DNA from: Obrimoposthia wandeli
Taxonomy: Eukaryota
Assembly: GCA_977020255.1 (NCBI GenBank)
Contig: CDROCS010000356.1
Location: 310,001 to 374,000, forward strand
Direction of reading: 5' to 3'
DNA length: 64,000 nt
The stretch's first letter is position 1. Every line of letters starts with the position of its first letter. The position numbers and the translations under genes were made by a program. Of this stretch, positions 1 to 10,800 are shown in pieces. The notes beneath the pieces were generated by a model. It worked only from the letters and a program-made list of their open reading frames with translations. It ran no database searches and was not told where the DNA came from.

Positions 1-190
1 TAATATTATTATCAAGTGCTTCTTTTAATTGTGATTCATTTAATTCTAATGTTCTATCATAAGCACTATTAAGTTCATCAATTCTTGTTTGATATATATC
101 TAACCCTACAACTTCATACTTTTCAGAAAAAGCATGCGCTAACGGTAAGCCAACATACCCTAATCCTATTATACATATTTTATTATTCAT
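1..190 (-). CDS. Nucleotide-sugar dehydrogenase (TviB/WbpO-like), 5' part; runs off the window edge
   Basis: Manual translation from ATG at 190: MNNKICIIGLGYVGLPLAHAFSEKYEVVGLD (Rossmann GLGYVG). Start overlaps the stop of the epimerase gene. Not in the ORF track. Confidence 0.8.
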   Translation of the reverse strand, partial: MNNKICIIGLGYVGLPLAHAFSEKYEVVGLDIYQTRIDELNSAYDRTLELNESQLKEALDNNI

Positions 191-1226
191 TTAAATTATT
201 TCCTCTTATATTATTTATATACCAACTAAGTGATTCTTTTAATCCATCTGTTAAAGTATGCGTTGGTTCATATCCTAAAAATTCTTTTGCACTATTAATA
301 TTTGCATTAGAATGTCTAATATCTCCTGCTCTAAATTCTCTATAAATAGGAACTTTTATTTTTAACTCTGGAATTTTCTCTTGTAAACCTAAAGAAATTG
401 AGGAATAAAGATTATTTAATGTTTCTCTTCCACCCGCTGCTGCATTGTAGGCTTTTGCAAAAGCTCCAGAATTCATAGTTGTTCCTGCCATTATATTAGC
501 CTGAACTACATTGTCTATATATGTAAAATCCCTCGAAGTTTCGCCGTCACCATTAATAAAAACATCCTCATTATTTAAAATTTGAGATATCCACTTAGGC
601 ATTACCGCAGCATAAGCTCCATTTGGATTTTGTCTTTTTCCAAAAACATTAAAATAACGAAGTCCAATAGACTCAAATTGATAACACTTATAAAACACGC
701 CCATATAAAGTTCGTTTACATATTTTGTAACGGAGTAAGGGGATAATAAATTACCTGTTCTTTCCTCTACTTTAGGAAGTTCAGAAGAATCTCCATAAAC
801 AGAAGATGATGATGCATATACAAATCGTTTTACATTATTATCTTTTGCGGCAGTTAACATATTTAAAAAACCGGTTACATTTGAAGCATTTGAATTTACA
901 GGATTATCTATAGATCGAGGTACAGAACCAAGTGCAGCCTGATGTAATACAATATCAACACCTTTGGTAATAGAAATACACGTCTCATAATTCGTAATAT
1001 CCCCTTCAAAAAAAGAAAAATTATTCCACTGAACTTCGCTAATACTATCTTTTACATGTTCTAAGTTATGTTTATAACCAGTAGAAAAATTGTCTAACCC
1101 TATCACTTTTTGATTTAGGGTAAGAAGTGTTTCAATAAGATTTGACCCGATAAAACCTGCACAACCTGTTACTAACCAAATTTTGGGATTCTGTATTAGT
1201 TCTTTTTTGACTATATCATATTGCAT
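183..1226 (-). CDS. wbpP: UDP-GlcNAc 4-epimerase, extended SDR (WbpP/TviC-like)
   Basis: TGCAGFIG, HQAALGSVPRS, ASSSSVYG, YSVTK (YxxxK) and LRYFNVFG motifs. Confidence 0.8.
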   Translation of the reverse strand: MQYDIVKKELIQNPKIWLVTGCAGFIGSNLIETLLTLNQKVIGLDNFSTGYKHNLEHVKDSISEVQWNNFSFFEGDITNYETCISITKGVDIVLHQAALGSVPRSIDNPVNSNASNVTGFLNMLTAAKDNNVKRFVYASSSSVYGDSSELPKVEERTGNLLSPYSVTKYVNELYMGVFYKCYQFESIGLRYFNVFGKRQNPNGAYAAVMPKWISQILNNEDVFINGDGETSRDFTYIDNVVQANIMAGTTMNSGAFAKAYNAAAGGRETLNNLYSSISLGLQEKIPELKIKVPIYREFRAGDIRHSNANINSAKEFLGYEPTHTLTDGLKESLSWYINNIRGNNLNE

Positions 1227-1243
1227 TATTATTTTCCATTCTT

Positions 1244-2419
1244 TTATATATCACTATTAAATATATCACGAGTATATACTTTATCTGTTACGTCTGATAA
1301 AACTTCATCTAATCTGTTAGCAACTATTGTATTAGAGATATTTTTAAATTCTGTTAAATCTTTAATTACTTTTAAACCTTCAAATGCATCTTCTTCTAGT
1401 ACAGGTTCATAGATAACTACTTCAATATTTTTAGCTTGTAATTTTTCAATAATACCTTGAACAGCAGAACTTCTAAAATTATCACTTCCACTTTTCATAA
1501 TAAGTCTATAAATACCAACTACTTTTGGGTTGGTAGACAATATTTGATTTGTTATAAATTCTTTTCTTGTTTCATTTGAATCTACAATTGCACCAATTAA
1601 ATTATTTGGTACTTCTTGAAAGTTTGCTTTTAATTGCTTCGTGTCTTTTGGAAAACAGTATCCACCATATCCAAAGCTTGGATTATTATAATGTGTACCA
1701 ATTCTAGGGTCTAGCCCTACTCCATCAATAATATCTTTTGTATTTAAATCAAAAGTTTCACTATAAGAATCTAACTCATTAAAATAAGATACTCTCATTG
1801 CTAGATAAGTATTTGAGAATAGCTTTATAGCTTCTGCTTCTGTAGAATCTGTAAATAATACAGGAATAGCTTTTTTAATTGCTCCACGTTCAAGAAGTCC
1901 TGCAAAAATCATAGCACGATCAGATTTTTCACCTACTATTATTCTACTAGGGTATAAATTATCATGTAACGCATTACCTTCTCTTAAAAACTCTGGAGAA
2001 AATATAATATTTTCTGTATCAAACTGTTCTCTAATACGTTTAGTATATCCAACTGGTATAGTTGATTTAATTACCATTGTTGCATTTGGATTTATTGATA
2101 ATACATCAGCAATAACATATTCTATCGATTTTGTATTAAAATAATTTGTTTCTGGATCATAATCTGTTGGGGTAGAAATAATTACAAAGTCCGCATCTTT
2201 ATATGCTTCATTTTTATCTAATGTAGCTCTAAAATTCAAATTGTCTTTTTGTAAATATTCGCTTATTTCTTTATCTTCTATTGGAGATATTTTATTTTGA
2301 AGCATTTCTACTTTTTCTGGTATTATATCTAAGGCTACTACTTCATTGTTCTGTGCTAGTAAGATTCCATTTGATAATCCCACATATCCAGTTCCTGCAA
2401 TTGCTATTTTATAAGACAT
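1244..2419 (-). CDS. ugd: UDP-glucose 6-dehydrogenase
   Basis: [30 protein letters not shown] (catalytic Cys), SDNFRSS. Confidence 0.93.
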   Translation of the reverse strand: MSYKIAIAGTGYVGLSNGILLAQNNEVVALDIIPEKVEMLQNKISPIEDKEISEYLQKDNLNFRATLDKNEAYKDADFVIISTPTDYDPETNYFNTKSIEYVIADVLSINPNATMVIKSTIPVGYTKRIREQFDTENIIFSPEFLREGNALHDNLYPSRIIVGEKSDRAMIFAGLLERGAIKKAIPVLFTDSTEAEAIKLFSNTYLAMRVSYFNELDSYSETFDLNTKDIIDGVGLDPRIGTHYNNPSFGYGGYCFPKDTKQLKANFQEVPNNLIGAIVDSNETRKEFITNQILSTNPKVVGIYRLIMKSGSDNFRSSAVQGIIEKLQAKNIEVVIYEPVLEEDAFEGLKVIKDLTEFKNISNTIVANRLDEVLSDVTDKVYTRDIFNSDI

Positions 2420-2556
2420 TCGTCATTCTCCACAAAATTTAATTATTATTATATTAGTATATTATCTTAATTTTTCTTTTACCTTATTTAATATCTCTTT
2501 TCTTTTCATTTATGTTATAATTTCAGTAATCAAACGAAATAAGGTTTTAAATATAC

Positions 2557-4020
2557 ATGGAAACATCACAAATTACAACTCAAAAATTTATCATTAAATT
2601 TTTTCCTGAAATTATGGTAAAAGGTCCTGCTGCCAAAAAGCAAATGGTTGGTCAACTTTATAATAACTTAGAAAAACTTCTTTCTCGTATTTCAAAAGAG
2701 ATTAATGTGCGAAAATTTTTAGATAAAATTGAAGTAGTTACCCCTATTGAAAATGTTGTTGAAACTAGACTTGTACTACTTCAAACACCAGGTATTGAAC
2801 AAGTTCTTGAAGCTCTGCAATTTGACAAAATAAATACTTTAGATGAAATAAAAGTTACAGTAAATGATATGATGGCTCATACTATTAAAAATAAGCGTTT
2901 TGTAGTTCGAGCAAAAAGATCTGGTACTCATACTTTTAAGTCAACAAATATAGAACAAACTGTTGGTGGATATATGCTAGCTAGAAATCCTGGAAGTGCT
3001 GTTGATTTACATAACCCCGAAGTTACTATTAAAATAGAGATGCTAAATAACCAGCTAAATATTATCACTCAAAAACATATAGGACTTGCAGGTTTTCCAA
3101 TAGGAACACAAGGTGATATTTTATCTTTAATGTCAGGTGGATTTGATTCAACAGTAGCCTCATACCTAACAATGAAAAGAGGACTAAAAACACATTTTGT
3201 ATTTTTTAACCTTGGAGGTACTGCACATGAAATTGGAGTAAAACAAGTAGCTCTATATTTATGGAATAAATTTGGTGCTTCACATAAAGTTTCATTTATA
3301 ACTATTCCTTTTGAAGATGTACTTACTGAAATATTTAGATCTACAGCTGAATCATATATGGGTGTTACATTAAAAAGATTAATGTTATTGGCATCTGAAA
3401 AAATAGCAAATGAGATGGAAATAGATGCATTAGTTACAGGGGAAAGTGTAGCTCAAGTTTCTAGTCAAACATTAAGAAACCTTGCCCTTATTGATCAAGT
3501 AACAAATAAACTTATTTTAAGACCACTTGCAACTATGAATAAACCTGAAATAATGGGTATTGCAAATGATATAGGGACAAGAAGATTTGCTGAAAACATG
3601 CCAGAATATTGTGGTGTTATATCTAAAAATCCAATTGTTCATGGTTCATATAAACGAATGGAAGAAGTCTCACGAAAATTTAACTATGATGTTCTTGATG
3701 CTGCTGTAGAAAATGCTACTAAAGTATTTATAGATGAAATAGAAGATGATATAAATAATACTGTTGGAGAAATAGAAGTTGTTTCAGATGTATCTAATGG
3801 CAATTATACTGTTATTGATATCAGACAAGATGAAGAAACAATCGAAGCTCCATGTGAAACTTTAAAGATACCATTTTACAAACTAAAAAACGAATTTAAA
3901 AAACTTCCTCAAGATAAAGAGTATCTTTTTTATTGTGATAAAGGGATTATGAGTCAATTACATGCTCAATATCTAAGAGATGCAGAAAATTATACTAATA
4001 TAAGAGTTTATAGACCATAA
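2557..4020 (+). CDS. thiI: tRNA 4-thiouridine sulfurtransferase with C-terminal rhodanese-like domain
   Basis: THUMP region, PP-loop SGGFDS, MPEYCGVISK, C-terminal FYCDKGIMSQLHA. Confidence 0.93.
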   Translation: METSQITTQKFIIKFFPEIMVKGPAAKKQMVGQLYNNLEKLLSRISKEINVRKFLDKIEVVTPIENVVETRLVLLQTPGIEQVLEALQFDKINTLDEIKVTVNDMMAHTIKNKRFVVRAKRSGTHTFKSTNIEQTVGGYMLARNPGSAVDLHNPEVTIKIEMLNNQLNIITQKHIGLAGFPIGTQGDILSLMSGGFDSTVASYLTMKRGLKTHFVFFNLGGTAHEIGVKQVALYLWNKFGASHKVSFITIPFEDVLTEIFRSTAESYMGVTLKRLMLLASEKIANEMEIDALVTGESVAQVSSQTLRNLALIDQVTNKLILRPLATMNKPEIMGIANDIGTRRFAENMPEYCGVISKNPIVHGSYKRMEEVSRKFNYDVLDAAVENATKVFIDEIEDDINNTVGEIEVVSDVSNGNYTVIDIRQDEETIEAPCETLKIPFYKLKNEFKKLPQDKEYLFYCDKGIMSQLHAQYLRDAENYTNIRVYRP

Positions 4021-4149
4021 TGGTTTATAAGCTTAACTTCTAACTTAAATAATTCTTACAAATAAATACCAAATTTATTTTATATCCTACTTAAATTAAA
4101 ATACTGTATTATCATCCTTAATTGTTCCTCCTAATTCAAAGGAGCTAAA

Positions 4150-4257
4150 ATGAAAAATAAAATTATTAACAAATATAAGCAAAATAAAAGAGACTACAAT
4201 ATAATTGTTTCAATTGAAGCAGTGATTATTTCGATAACTCTAATAAATATTTTCTAA
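4150..4257 (+). CDS. Small protein, 35 aa, basic N-terminus and hydrophobic C-terminus
   Basis: AAAGGAG SD before ATG; MKNKIINKYKQNKRDYNIIVSIEAVIISITLINIF. Confidence 0.45.
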   Translation: MKNKIINKYKQNKRDYNIIVSIEAVIISITLINIF

Positions 4258-4268
4258 AAAGGATACAT

Positions 4269-4382
4269 ATGAAAATGGACATGATAGTCAATAGACTCAA
4301 TAAACATTCATCAAATACTACAAAAAAAGATATAAATTTTATAACGTGTAACAGGAGGAACAATTTGTACACAAAAAAATAA
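4269..4382 (+). CDS. Small basic protein, 37 aa (uncertain)
   Basis: AAAGGATACAT before ATG; MKMDMIVNRLNKHSSNTTKKDINFITCNRRNNLYTKK. Confidence 0.3.
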   Translation: MKMDMIVNRLNKHSSNTTKKDINFITCNRRNNLYTKK

Positions 4383-4403
4383 AATTTATATTATTTCTAC
4401 ATT

Positions 4404-4454
4404 AAAAAAGCCTAACAGCAAATTCTTTTGAATTTAGTTTGTTAGGCTTTTTTT
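4404..4454. terminator. Bidirectional intrinsic terminator
   Basis: AAAAAAGCCTAACA (4404-4417) and TGTTAGGCTTTTTT (4440-4453), between convergent small ORFs. Confidence 0.8.
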
Positions 4455-4584
4455 ATTTATTTATTATTACAGATTTATCTTTTGTAATAGGAATCTTTTC
4501 TTTATGCATATCATTACCCGTTGTAATATAAAAAACTGCTATAAGACCTAAAACTAGCCAAAATACTGGATCTGGAATTTTCAT
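4453..4584 (-). CDS. Small single-TM protein, 43 aa
   Basis: AAAAGGATAAAT SD; MKIPDPVFWLVLGLIAVFYITTGNDMHKEKIPITKDKSVIINK; stop abuts the terminator. Confidence 0.6.
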   Translation of the reverse strand: MKIPDPVFWLVLGLIAVFYITTGNDMHKEKIPITKDKSVIINK

Positions 4585-4803
4585 ATTTATCCTTTTAATT
4601 CCGCAATTTTAACAAGTTCAAACTTCTATTATACTTGGTACAAATATTAATCAAATTATAACTTATTGTCTGATAAAGTAGAACCATAATTAAATATAGG
4701 AAAATTATGAAACATAAATGTAACATAAAATCAAAAGTACAAGATTTACATAAAGCCCAGAATTTATTTTTTAAATAAACAAAATAATATATTTAAAGGA
4801 TAA

Positions 4804-7800
4804 ATGATGAACAATGAACAATATTTAACTAACCTAGCAATAGAACTTGCCGAAACTTGGCAAAATCGAGCAGTAGAACTTGTAAGTGATTTTGATAGAG
4901 AATTCTATGTAAAAATGACTAAAATGCTTGAACATCAAAAAGACAAAGTACTTTTAATTGAACTAATGGATCAATGCTTCAGGTGTGAATCGAACTCAAG
5001 AGTCGCAAATCAAATTATCTTTTTACTTGAAAAACATGGTCTTGCACACTTTTTTACTAGAAAAGATAAAACTCTACTATTACTATTTAAGAATTTTGGT
5101 AAATTTTTACCTGATTTATCAGTGCCTGTTTTTGTTGATCAAATTCGAGAAGATACGAAAACAGTTGTTATTCAAGGAGAAAAAGAACCTTTTAATCGAC
5201 ACTTAATTAAAAGAAAAAAAGAAGGAACAAGAGTAAATGTAAATTTAATAGGTGAAATAGTACTGGGAGAAGAAGAAGCAACTGAGAGAATGGATAAATA
5301 TTTAAATGCATTAGCTAACCCAAATATCGACTATCTTTCAATTAAAATTTCAACTATATTTTCCCAAATTAATGCATTAGACTTTGAAAATACTGTTACT
5401 ATTTTAGTTGAAAAATTAACAAAAATTTATAATCAAGCCAAAAAATATCCTTATATTGAAGAAGATGGAACACAATCAAATAAATTTGTCAATCTTGATA
5501 TGGAAGAATATAGAGATTTAGCTATTACTGTTGAAGTATTCAAAAGAACATTAGAAAAGCCAGAATTTAAAAACTTTTATGCAGGTATGGTACTGCAAGC
5601 TTATTTACCAGACTCATTTTATTGGGAAGAAAATTTATGTGAATGGTCAAAGAAAAGAGTACAAAATGGTGGAGCCCCTATTAAAATCAGACTTGTAAAA
5701 GGTGCTAATATGGAGATGGAGAAAACTGAAGCTAGCCAAAAAGGATGGGAATTAGTAACCTATGAAGAAAAAAGCGATACAGACTCAAACTATAAAAAAA
5801 TGATGAAGTATGCACTCAAAAGAGAAAATGCACCCTATTTACATTTGGGAACTGCCTCTCATAATTTATTTGAACTTGCATATGCAACAGTGATTGCACA
5901 AGAAAATAAAACTTTCCAATACCACACACTAGAAATGCTAGAAGGCATGAGTGAATCAACAAGACTTGCAATCAAAGAGATTAGCAAAGAGGTTATTTTA
6001 TATGCCCCTATAGCATCGAAAGAACAATTTACAAATGCAATCGCATATTTAGTTAGACGTCTAGATGAAAATACAGGGAAAGATAATTTTATACGATATT
6101 CTTTTGGATTGACTGTTGATTCAGATAATTGGTCAATGCAAAAAGAACTATTTTTAAAGTCTGTAGAAAATGAAGAAGATACATTTGTAGGTGTAAAAAG
6201 AAAACAAGATAGACTCATAGAAAAATGGGATGATTTTTCACAATCTTCTTATGATACAAAAGATTATGAAGCCGAATCAGATACTGACTTTGTATTGCCT
6301 TCCAATCAAGAGTGGGCTCGAGCTATCATAAAAAAATGGAAATTTTCACAAGCTACTCAACATAAAATTGTTCCAATTGTTGTGGCAAATGAAGATTTAA
6401 TTGAAAATAGAATCGTTACAAACACTATTGATAAATCACAATTAAAAGAAGGTATTCTAGCTGGAAAATTTGCAAATGCAACAGCTGTAGATTTAAAAAA
6501 AGCCGTAGAAGTCGCTCGTTTAGATAAAGACGGATGGAGAAATTTAACACATGCTCAAAGACATGAAGTATTAAAAAAAGTAGCTATCAAAGTTAGAGAA
6601 AGAAGAGATGACCTTATTGGAGTAGCTGCTGCTGAACTTGGAAAGGTATTTACAGAAACTGATGTGGAGGTTTCTGAAGCAATAGATTTCTTAGAATTTT
6701 ATCCATACTCAGTAGAATATTTTAAAAAATATGAAAATATTGAATTTGAAGGACGAGGTGTTGGTTTAGTTATTCCTCCTTGGAACTTTCCCGTTGCCAT
6801 CCCTTTAGGTGGAGTAGCAGCTGTTTTAGCATCTGGAAATACAGTTATTATTAAACCTGCTTCTATTGCTGCTTTAACTGCTTATGAAATGTGTAAATGT
6901 TTTTGGGATGCGGGTATTTCTAAAAATACATTACAATTTGTTCCTTGTTCTGGAGAACTTGCCGGGGAGCATTTGATTACTAATAGTGATATTGATTTTG
7001 TGATTCTAACAGGTGGTGAAGATACAGCTATTTCTATGTTAGAAACAAAACCAGATTTATTTTTAACTGCTGAAACAGGGGGGAAGGATGCAACTATTGT
7101 TACAAGTATGGCAGATAGAGAACAAGCCGTTAAAAATATTATACAAAGTGCTTTTTCAAATTCAGGTCAAAAATGTAGTGCTACATCACTTTTAGTTTTA
7201 GAAGAAGAAGTTTATAATGATGAATCATTTAAAAAAGCATTGGTAGATGCAGCTAATTCAATGAGTGTTGGTTCTATTTGGGATTTAAAAAATAAAATAG
7301 GAACTCTTGCGTCAAATATATCTGGTAACTTGAAAAAAAGTATTGAAAACTTAGAAGGCAAAGAACAATGGCTCTTAGCTCCAAAATTTATAGATAACAA
7401 TGAATATATGTTAGCACCTTCAATTAAATGGGATGTTGAAGAGGGTAATTTTATTCATATGAATGAGTTATTTGGTCCAGTTTTAGCTGTAATCAAAGCA
7501 AAAAATTTACAACATGCTGTAAAAATAGTTAATGATACAGGATATGGATTGACTTCAGGTATTGAGTCTTTGGATGAAAGAGAAGTAAACTACTGGAAAG
7601 AAAACCTCAAAGCTGGAAATTTATATATCAATAGAGGAACAACTGGAGCGATTGTTTTACGACAGCCTTTTGGAGGTATGGGTAAATCTGCAATTGGAGC
7701 AGGTAGAAAAGTAGGAATTTTTAATTATATTACTCAATTTGTTAACTTTAAAGAGATATCACTACCTAACGTATCTAAAAACTATGAAAATAAATTAACT

Positions 7801-8379
7801 TCTTTTATGCAAACATGTTTAAAAATAAATGAAAATACAGAAGAGTTTGAGAAACTAAATCATGCCCTTCAATCATATATAGAAAATTATGAAAATGAGT
7901 TTTCTCAAGAAGTAGACTATTGTAAGGTAAGAGGAGAAGATAATCACTTTAGATATCTTCCTCTAAAAAATGTCATAATAAGAGTTTCAAATGATGATAC
8001 ACTTTTTGAAACAGTTTCTCGAGTTTTAGCTGCAAGAATTTCAAAGGTTGCATTTACTATTTCTGTTGAGAATAAAGATAGTGAGATATATTCATTTTTA
8101 GAAAATGCAGATGAATTATTTACACAAAGTGATATCTTAATTCACGAAAATGAAAATGAATTTATGGAATCTATAGCTGATTATGAAAGAGTAATTTACT
8201 CAGATATTAAAAAAGTATCTGCAGAAGTATTTAAAAAAGCAAGTGAATCTTTAACTTTTATAATCAGACAAAAGCCAATGATGGAAGGAAGAATAGAGTT
8301 ACTAAATTACTTTAGTGAACAATCAATTTCACATTCATTTCATAGGTATGGTAACATTGGAGCAAGAGAGTTGAGCTAA
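4804..8379 (+). CDS. putA: Bifunctional proline dehydrogenase / P5C dehydrogenase
   Basis: PRODH motifs (DMEEY, IRLVKGA, YLVRRLDEN) and ALDH motifs (PPWNFP, ETGGK, GQKCSA, ELFGP, QPFGG). Confidence 0.93.
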   Translation: MMNNEQYLTNLAIELAETWQNRAVELVSDFDREFYVKMTKMLEHQKDKVLLIELMDQCFRCESNSRVANQIIFLLEKHGLAHFFTRKDKTLLLLFKNFGKFLPDLSVPVFVDQIREDTKTVVIQGEKEPFNRHLIKRKKEGTRVNVNLIGEIVLGEEEATERMDKYLNALANPNIDYLSIKISTIFSQINALDFENTVTILVEKLTKIYNQAKKYPYIEEDGTQSNKFVNLDMEEYRDLAITVEVFKRTLEKPEFKNFYAGMVLQAYLPDSFYWEENLCEWSKKRVQNGGAPIKIRLVKGANMEMEKTEASQKGWELVTYEEKSDTDSNYKKMMKYALKRENAPYLHLGTASHNLFELAYATVIAQENKTFQYHTLEMLEGMSESTRLAIKEISKEVILYAPIASKEQFTNAIAYLVRRLDENTGKDNFIRYSFGLTVDSDNWSMQKELFLKSVENEEDTFVGVKRKQDRLIEKWDDFSQSSYDTKDYEAESDTDFVLPSNQEWARAIIKKWKFSQATQHKIVPIVVANEDLIENRIVTNTIDKSQLKEGILAGKFANATAVDLKKAVEVARLDKDGWRNLTHAQRHEVLKKVAIKVRERRDDLIGVAAAELGKVFTETDVEVSEAIDFLEFYPYSVEYFKKYENIEFEGRGVGLVIPPWNFPVAIPLGGVAAVLASGNTVIIKPASIAALTAYEMCKCFWDAGISKNTLQFVPCSGELAGEHLITNSDIDFVILTGGEDTAISMLETKPDLFLTAETGGKDATIVTSMADREQAVKNIIQSAFSNSGQKCSATSLLVLEEEVYNDESFKKALVDAANSMSVGSIWDLKNKIGTLASNISGNLKKSIENLEGKEQWLLAPKFIDNNEYMLAPSIKWDVEEGNFIHMNELFGPVLAVIKAKNLQHAVKIVNDTGYGLTSGIESLDEREVNYWKENLKAGNLYINRGTTGAIVLRQPFGGMGKSAIGAGRKVGIFNYITQFVNFKEISLPNVSKNYENKLTSFMQTCLKINENTEEFEKLNHALQSYIENYENEFSQEVDYCKVRGEDNHFRYLPLKNVIIRVSNDDTLFETVSRVLAARISKVAFTISVENKDSEIYSFLENADELFTQSDILIHENENEFMESIADYERVIYSDIKKVSAEVFKKASESLTFIIRQKPMMEGRIELLNYFSEQSISHSFHRYGNIGARELS

Positions 8380-8413
8380 AAAAGATTTATAAATCTTTTT
8401 TAGACGACACAAA

Positions 8414-8971
8414 TTATTTTCTTAATGATTTTATCACTGAATCAGTTGTCAATTTAAAATTATCATTTATTTTTGTATAAGATACAGCTCCTTTTAATAG
8501 ACAAATTATTAAATAAGCTTCTTCTTTGATATCTCGTGTAATTGTAAATGCTTCTTTATTGATACCATCAAATAATATTTTTTCCATATATGATTGTTCA
8601 ATTCTAGTTAATATATTTACTTGTTTTCTCATTGATTCAGGTAAAAGTTCATACTCTGATAACAAAGAAACAATAGGACAATCTTCTTTTTCATTTTGAT
8701 GTGTTTTGTAAATTTTAAAATACTCTTTGAGTTTATCAATGCTTTGATAGTTAGAATCTATTATAGACTCTAATGTATGAGTTAAGTCATTGATCATTAC
8801 ATCTAAACATGCATTTCCAAGTAACTCTTTTTTCTTGAAATAATGATGAACATTTTCTCTGGTTACATCTAGACTTTTTGCTATATCTGTAAAACTTAGA
8901 TTCGTATACCCTACTTTACGAATAATACAGTTTGCTATATTTACGACATCATCTTTTCTTGATTTTTTCAT
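8414..8971 (-). CDS. TetR/AcrR-family regulator
   Basis: N-terminal HTH GYTNLSFTDIAKSLDVTRENVHHYF; CPIV motif; divergent from the SnoaL-like gene. Confidence 0.85.
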   Translation of the reverse strand: MKKSRKDDVVNIANCIIRKVGYTNLSFTDIAKSLDVTRENVHHYFKKKELLGNACLDVMINDLTHTLESIIDSNYQSIDKLKEYFKIYKTHQNEKEDCPIVSLLSEYELLPESMRKQVNILTRIEQSYMEKILFDGINKEAFTITRDIKEEAYLIICLLKGAVSYTKINDNFKLTTDSVIKSLRK

Positions 8972-9005
8972 ATCTCTTCTTTAATTTTTTTCATTGTATT
9001 CAATA

Positions 9006-9087
9006 TTAACTTACACATATATAAGTTAAGTCTTGACAAATTAATACAAATTTGCTAATATTTTACATAACTTACTACATAGTAAGT
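9006..9087. promoter_or_regulatory. Two palindromic ACTTA-N8-TAAGT operators around a TTGACA -35 element (likely TetR sites)
   Basis: TTAACTTA-N8-TAAGTTAA (9006-9029) and ACTTACTA-CA-TAGTAAGT (9070-9087) in the divergent intergenic region. Confidence 0.6.
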
Positions 9088-9101
9088 ATAAAAGGACATA
9101 T

Positions 9102-9473
9102 ATGAATAAAGAATTAATTAAAAAAGACTTTTTAGAATCTACTCAAACATGGGTTGAAAACTTTAATAAAGGTAATGTACAATATTGCATTGATGCCTAC
9201 ACAGATAATGCAAGAATGATTGTAAAAGGTATTGGTAAATTTGAAGGAAAAGAAAAAATTGCAGGTTTTTGGAATGAATTAACAAAAACAGCAACAGTTT
9301 TGGAATACAGAGATACTAATGTAATAGTAATTAATGAAAATGTAGTACATTTAAATGCTAGTTGGAAAATGAATATAGGAGAAGGAATTATCACACTAGA
9401 AGAATGGGTTAAACAAGAAAATGGAAGATGGATGTTAGAAAATGACTGTTTTCAAGTCGATAAGCAATACTAA
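9102..9473 (+). CDS. SnoaL/DUF4440 (NTF2-like) protein
   Basis: 123 aa; FNKGNVQYCIDAYTDNA, GKEKIAGFW, and EWVKQENGRW patterns typical of NTF2-like proteins. Confidence 0.7.
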   Translation: MNKELIKKDFLESTQTWVENFNKGNVQYCIDAYTDNARMIVKGIGKFEGKEKIAGFWNELTKTATVLEYRDTNVIVINENVVHLNASWKMNIGEGIITLEEWVKQENGRWMLENDCFQVDKQY

Positions 9474-9558
9474 TAATTATCCATAATTTATTAACTCTTT
9501 GTTAAGATTGCGTTATATAAAACAATTAATTCAATGATACACTTAACACGGAGATAAA

Positions 9559-10062
9559 ATGAAACAAGATGAAATAAAAAAATTTATAACAAAAAATTCT
9601 TATTGGATATTTCAGTATATTAATACTAAAATTTTAAAAGATATTGGAGAAATCAATCCTAATTATTTTGTATCTATTATGCAAAATATATTTATCAATG
9701 AATCAAATATAAACATAAATGAATATAATGAAGACATAAACATATTACCTTATTTGCTATTTACATTGATATCAGGAAAAGGAAAGATTGATTATACATC
9801 ATTAAGAGTTGACACAATCAATTTCAATCAAATAGATAAAGAAGCATCAGTTTATTATAATTATGCACAATTTACATTACAGAATAATTCATTTTGCATA
9901 GATCTGATGCAAACCAAAATTGGAGGAATGCCTATTGATAAAGATATTGTTAAATTTACAAAAAAAATTCCTATACAACAAGATGGATTAGAAAATTTTA
10001 TTAAAATTAATAAAGAGTCTAAAAAAGACCCTGAATTAAATTCTATTGTATTGAAAATTTAA
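9559..10062 (+). CDS. Hypothetical protein
   Basis: 167 aa ORF with GGAG SD; no recognised motif. Confidence 0.6.
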   Translation: MKQDEIKKFITKNSYWIFQYINTKILKDIGEINPNYFVSIMQNIFINESNININEYNEDINILPYLLFTLISGKGKIDYTSLRVDTINFNQIDKEASVYYNYAQFTLQNNSFCIDLMQTKIGGMPIDKDIVKFTKKIPIQQDGLENFIKINKESKKDPELNSIVLKI

Positions 10063-10074
10063 GAAGCAAGTGTA

Positions 10075-10800
10075 TTAATGAAGAACTTTACTTAAAAATT
10101 GTTGAGTTCGCTCTTTTTGTGGATTTTCTATAACTTGTTCTGGCGTTCCCATCTCTTCAATAACACCTTCATGAAAAAATGCAACTTTATCAGATACTTC
10201 TCTCGCAAATGCAATTTCGTGTGTTACTGTAATCATGGTCATACCGTCATCTCTTAATAACCTTAACGTATCTAATACTTCCCCTACGAGTTCAGGATCA
10301 AGAGCTGAAGTAACCTCATCAAAGAGCATATAGTCAGGTTTCATAGCTAAAGCTCTAGCAATTGCAAGTCTTTGTTGTTGTCCACCAGACATTCGTGTAG
10401 GATATTGATCAAACTTATCACCAAGTCCAACATGCTCTAGTTCTTTTTTTGCTATTTCCAGTGATTCTTCTTTACTAAGTTTAAGAACTATTTGAGGAGC
10501 TAAGGCTGCATTTTCTAAAACTGTTAGGTGAGGGAAAGAGTTCCATTGTTGAAACACCATTCCTAATTTTTGTCGTAAATGATCTTGATTTGTACTTTTA
10601 GCATGTACATCAATATCATCTACAAAAATCTTACCTTTTTGAATCTTTTCTATAGCATTTATACAATACAACAAAGTAGATTTACCACTACCACTTCCCC
10701 CTATTACACTTACAACCTCACCTTTGTTTACCTCTAAATCTATACCTTTTAGAACCTCTAAATCTCCAAATGATTTGTGTACCCCTTGAATTTTGATCAT
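10075..10800 (-). CDS. Polar amino-acid ABC transporter ATPase (GlnQ-like)
   Basis: GGSGSGKS, MSGGQQQR, LFDEVTSALDPE, VTHE. Confidence 0.92.
   Translation of the reverse strand: MIKIQGVHKSFGDLEVLKGIDLEVNKGEVVSVIGGSGSGKSTLLYCINAIEKIQKGKIFVDDIDVHAKSTNQDHLRQKLGMVFQQWNSFPHLTVLENAALAPQIVLKLSKEESLEIAKKELEHVGLGDKFDQYPTRMSGGQQQRLAIARALAMKPDYMLFDEVTSALDPELVGEVLDTLRLLRDDGMTMITVTHEIAFAREVSDKVAFFHEGVIEEMGTPEQVIENPQKERTQQFLSKVLH

Noticed and set aside
85-345. Plus-strand 86 aa ORF and the many other short antisense or nested ORFs in the track (e.g. 5859-6218, 26824-27198, 30895-31263, 46624-46926, 56100-56408)
   Set aside because: They shadow well-supported genes, lack SD sites or motifs, and are expected in AT-rich DNA
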